64,000 bases of DNA, taken from the NCBI GenBank assembly GCA_964486045.1, contig CAZALK010000001.1:712242-776241 (forward strand), in the 5' to 3' direction. Positions within the stretch are counted from its first letter, which is position 1; the number at the start of each line of letters is the position of its first letter. Below, piece by piece: positions 60,559 to 64,000 of this stretch. A program made the position numbers and the translations under genes. The DNA comes from an uncultured archaeon. Lineage in GTDB: Archaea > Asgardarchaeota > Lokiarchaeia > Sigyniarchaeales > SOKP01. The notes beneath the pieces were generated by a model. That model ran no database searches and had not been told where the DNA came from. It saw only the letters and a list, made by a program, of their open reading frames with translations.

Positions 60559-61539
60559 ATGGAACTGTTCCAAGTTTTTTGGGACGATGGGAAACAGCTC
60601 TTCTTAGAATTTAAAAAGGATGAAAAAGAGAATCAAATTCTTCTTCCAGAAGAAATTAAGCGTTTAAACTTAAGATTTGAGATCTCCAAATCGTTAAGAA
60701 AAGAAGTTCATTCTAATCAACCTCCATCCCTAGTATCCATAAAAAAACTCTATTATTCAAATGAATTTCTATGCTTTTCTATTGATTTAAACGAGATCTA
60801 TGGCTATGATGATTTACAACTTAGAGTATTAAGATTAAATATTTTTCTGTATTCTGGACAACGTTTTGAGTATACATTTAAAGAAAAATTCAACATATCT
60901 GACATCTGGTTAAATGAGGATTGTTATGCGGGATTTGAGTTGATTAATTTAGGAGTAAAAAGAAATCAACAGAGTACTTTCACAAGAGAAAAATTCTATA
61001 AGGAAGTAAGAACAGATCCTAACCAAAACAAACAAGAAAGCACCATTATTTATGAAAAGAAAAGCATAAAAAGTGTATCAGTTGATCAATCATTAATCTC
61101 AATGATTAGCGAAAGTAATAACACATTGAAAAGCATAGAACAACAGCTAAAAAATCTAAATTTAACTCTTCAAAATGTATCCCAGACAAATTTTTCCTAT
61201 ACTCAAACTCCACGTCTTCCTAATAGAAATTATGGCCCAGGGATCGAAAGGATCAAAGGGCCATCAAATCCAAGTTTAATCCAAGGTCAAATCTCCTCCG
61301 GTAAATTAATGGTAATTAAAGAAATGAAGACAATTTTTAAACAAATTACTGATGAGAATTCACCCTTTAATATTAAGAATATTTTGAAACCTTTAACTGA
61401 AGAAGAACTTAATAAGATGATGTTGAATGATGAGATTTTAAAAGAAAAAGAAATAGAAGCTATAAATAACCAAATTAAGAGATTCAAGAAGGAACAAGGA
61501 AAAATAATCAAACTTAAGAAATTGAACAAACCGAAATAA
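60559..61539 (+). CDS. Hypothetical protein
   Basis: 326-aa ORF. Confidence 0.7.
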   Translation: MELFQVFWDDGKQLFLEFKKDEKENQILLPEEIKRLNLRFEISKSLRKEVHSNQPPSLVSIKKLYYSNEFLCFSIDLNEIYGYDDLQLRVLRLNIFLYSGQRFEYTFKEKFNISDIWLNEDCYAGFELINLGVKRNQQSTFTREKFYKEVRTDPNQNKQESTIIYEKKSIKSVSVDQSLISMISESNNTLKSIEQQLKNLNLTLQNVSQTNFSYTQTPRLPNRNYGPGIERIKGPSNPSLIQGQISSGKLMVIKEMKTIFKQITDENSPFNIKNILKPLTEEELNKMMLNDEILKEKEIEAINNQIKRFKKEQGKIIKLKKLNKPK

Positions 61540-61634
61540 CAAGATAATTTCTATATAGAAAACTGTCAACTGATTAACAAATCTTTAATTATTTTCTAAC
61601 ATTGGATATAAAGAGGTAATATATTCAGTAGAGG

Positions 61635-62420
61635 TTGAATAATATTTTACTAAATTATATCATAGGTACAGCGGGAAGTGGCAAGAGTACTCTAACTGGG
61701 GAATTAAAAGAATATATTGTAACTCGGGATCCAAAGACTTCCGCGATTACAATGAATTTAGATCCTGGTGTGAAAACTATGCCGTATGTACCTGATATTG
61801 ACATTAGAGATTTTATTATTTTAGAAGAAGTAATGGAAAAATACGAATTAGGACCAAATGGGGGTATGATTTTAGCCTCTGATCTAATGGTCAATTATTT
61901 AGATGATTTGAAAGACGAAATTGACGAATATAACCCGGATTGGGTAATCGTTGATACTGCCGGGCAACTAGAATTGTTTGCTTTTAGAGAAACTGGGCCA
62001 CTAATAGCAAGTGCATTAGGATTTGGTGATATCCAAAGATCTATTTGTTTTCTATTCGATTCTAATTTCGTTCTCAGGCCTAATGGTTTTATTTCAACCT
62101 TACTTTTAGCTGCTTCCGTTCAATTTCGGTTTAGGAACGTTTCGCAGGTAAATATATTATCGAAGGTAGATCTTATTGATGAAGATCAAATTGAAATGAT
62201 TGTTAATTGGAGTCAAGATTTCCAAGCATTAGCAGATTCCACAAATGATAGAGAAAAAGGATTGATTAGAGAATTATCCATGTTGATTTCAGAAGTATTT
62301 GTCCAAATGGGATCAACAAGTGAATTAGTACCCTGTTCAGTAAGAGAAGGTAATGGGTTAAATCTTCTATTTGGGACCTTACAAAGAGTTTTTGACTATG
62401 ATGAATCAAAATATTATTAA
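61635..62420 (+). CDS. GPN-loop GTPase
   Basis: GTAGSGKST, NLDPG, LGPNG, DTAGQLELF, LSKVD. Confidence 0.93.
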   Translation: MNNILLNYIIGTAGSGKSTLTGELKEYIVTRDPKTSAITMNLDPGVKTMPYVPDIDIRDFIILEEVMEKYELGPNGGMILASDLMVNYLDDLKDEIDEYNPDWVIVDTAGQLELFAFRETGPLIASALGFGDIQRSICFLFDSNFVLRPNGFISTLLLAASVQFRFRNVSQVNILSKVDLIDEDQIEMIVNWSQDFQALADSTNDREKGLIRELSMLISEVFVQMGSTSELVPCSVREGNGLNLLFGTLQRVFDYDESKYY

Positions 62421-62470
62421 CCAACATAAATTCTTAAAGTAAGTGTAACGACAAGATTATTTAAAAGAAT

Positions 62471-63568
62471 ATGAAAATTATAGGACCAATAGCGGGTGTC
62501 GGTTCAAGATTAAGACCACTCACTTACAGTAAACCAAAGGCTTTCTTAACTGTGGCGGGAAAAACAGTTTTAGATCATATTCTTGAGAAATTTAGTAATA
62601 CTTTTGATCCTACTACTGAATTAATCCTAATTGTTGGGCATAAGAAAAGACAAATCATTAATTATGTAAAAAACAAGTATAAACATAAATTTAAACTTAT
62701 ATTTATTGAGCAGCATCCGAGAGGACATTTAGATGGTATTCCATTTTTTGGTGGACTAGGTGAAGCTGTTTATGAATCAAGTGTAAGATTTGAAAAGAAG
62801 AACTTTAAGACAAAAGAACAGGACAAAAGGGAAGGTTCACTTATCTTTTTAGGAGATATGATTCCTATTGATGAGTATTCTTATTTAATGTATCGGTATT
62901 TCGAATCAGATGTAGATGGAATAATTACTGTAATGGAAGTCCCTAATGAAGATGCAAAGTCATATGGGGTGGTAACTATTGATGAAAACTCAATTATCCA
63001 AAGTCTTGTTGAAAAACCAAAAAAATTTGTTTCAAATTTAGCAATTGCTGGCATATATGCATTTTCCAACTCAGCTACAATGGCTCTTTTTGAAATTATA
63101 AAGCAATATATAGATCAGAGGTCAGAAACTACAAACGAAATATATATAACACAAAGTTTACAAGATCTCGTAAATAGCGGCTTTAGAATCGCTGCAGTTA
63201 AATTGAAAAAAGGAATTCTTGATTTCGGACGACCTTCTGAATTATTAAACGGTAATAAATTTTTATTAAAGAGTAATTCTGTTAAAAAGGAAAATTTTTC
63301 AGAATTAAACATAACAATCGATCGCTCATTCATAAAAAATCCCGTTTTTTTAGGTAATAACACTAAAATTACTAATTCTGTAATCGGCCCGTTTGTTTCC
63401 ATAGGAGAAAATTCAATCATAGAGAATTGTATTTTAGAAAATAGTGTTATTGAAGAAAGAGCTAATTTAAAAAGCATTATTACAAGTAACTCAATCATTG
63501 GGTGTGATGTAAAGATTGAGATAATCAGTAAAGATAATTTAATTATTGGAGACAAGAGCAGTACTTAA
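62471..63568 (+). CDS. Sugar-phosphate nucleotidyltransferase (glucose-1-P thymidylyltransferase-like) with left-handed beta-helix
   Basis: AGVGSRLRPLT..KPK, VEKP, DFG.P, NSVIGPFVSIG. Confidence 0.88.
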   Translation: MKIIGPIAGVGSRLRPLTYSKPKAFLTVAGKTVLDHILEKFSNTFDPTTELILIVGHKKRQIINYVKNKYKHKFKLIFIEQHPRGHLDGIPFFGGLGEAVYESSVRFEKKNFKTKEQDKREGSLIFLGDMIPIDEYSYLMYRYFESDVDGIITVMEVPNEDAKSYGVVTIDENSIIQSLVEKPKKFVSNLAIAGIYAFSNSATMALFEIIKQYIDQRSETTNEIYITQSLQDLVNSGFRIAAVKLKKGILDFGRPSELLNGNKFLLKSNSVKKENFSELNITIDRSFIKNPVFLGNNTKITNSVIGPFVSIGENSIIENCILENSVIEERANLKSIITSNSIIGCDVKIEIISKDNLIIGDKSST

Positions 63569-63729
63569 TTGAATTTCTCGTCATAAACTCTTAAAGTTAA
63601 AAATTTGAGAAGGGTAATTTCTATATAATATAGTTAAATATTAATTTTAGAAAGATTAAAATAGTAATTAATAACTTCAAGATTTTGAACATATTATAAA
63701 TTTAATTCACACTTGTTTCATTTCAAATA

Positions 63730-64000
63730 ATGCCATATCACGTTGCTTTTGATGTAGCCCATAAACCTAGAGGTCGAATAGACGAGAATTTAACTGAACT
63801 TCGAGATCAACTAAATTCGAATGATTTTATTTGTTATAATTTTTTAGAAATTCCAATAACTGAAGAAGCATTGATACCCTATGATATTTTAGTACTTTTT
63901 TGTCCTGATTATTCACGAATCTCGCCAAACGAAATTACTCAAATAGTGAAATGGGTTAAGAATTCTGGTGGTGGATTATTATTATTATCTCATGCAGGTG
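63730..64000 (+). CDS. 5' part of a GIFT/DUF4350 (IFT52/GldG-like) domain protein, truncated by window edge
   Basis: MPYHVAFDVAHK...YDILVLFCPD...EITQIVKWVKNSGGGLLLLSHAG. Confidence 0.6.
   Translation, partial: MPYHVAFDVAHKPRGRIDENLTELRDQLNSNDFICYNFLEIPITEEALIPYDILVLFCPDYSRISPNEITQIVKWVKNSGGGLLLLSHAG

Noticed and set aside
1405-63555. Many short antisense or overlapping ORFs in the track (e.g. 2399-2662, 3028-3450, 11887-12231, 44401-44766, 56776-57081, 63115-63555)
   Set aside because: They are shadows of well-supported genes on the opposite strand and carry no motifs.

Overview
AT-rich archaeal chromosome segment, almost certainly Asgard (Lokiarchaeia). The evidence is a two-domain gelsolin, a RING-finger protein, an archaeal histone, a proteasome beta subunit, a GPN-loop GTPase, eS30, the methanofuran genes mfnE/mfnF and eukaryote-like SECIS elements. 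The main discovery concerns two tandem selenophosphate synthetase genes (selD). Both have an in-frame UGA (Sec) at codon 18 and a SECIS-like 3' UTR. The second copy is interrupted by a 30-nt insertion (47030-47059) that carries a stop codon and folds into a near-canonical bulge-helix-bulge (BHB). Standard archaeal splicing-endonuclease cuts would restore exactly the WPLIGGEASG sequence of the uninterrupted paralogue, so this is a candidate tRNA-type intron in an mRNA. About 8 kb away, a tRNA-Trp(CCA) carries three BHB/BHL introns of similar size (30, 29 and 32 nt). A second theme is that several accessory gene blocks are bracketed by diverged duplications of a host gene end, with no integrase or transposase in the window. 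Other points of note are a proteasome beta subunit lacking Thr1 beside a RING protein, a 180-bp periodic repeat upstream of the histone gene, candidate ATA/ATT start codons and a small HEPN/nuclease defence cluster at the left end. All product calls come from motif recognition by eye, and no searches were run.
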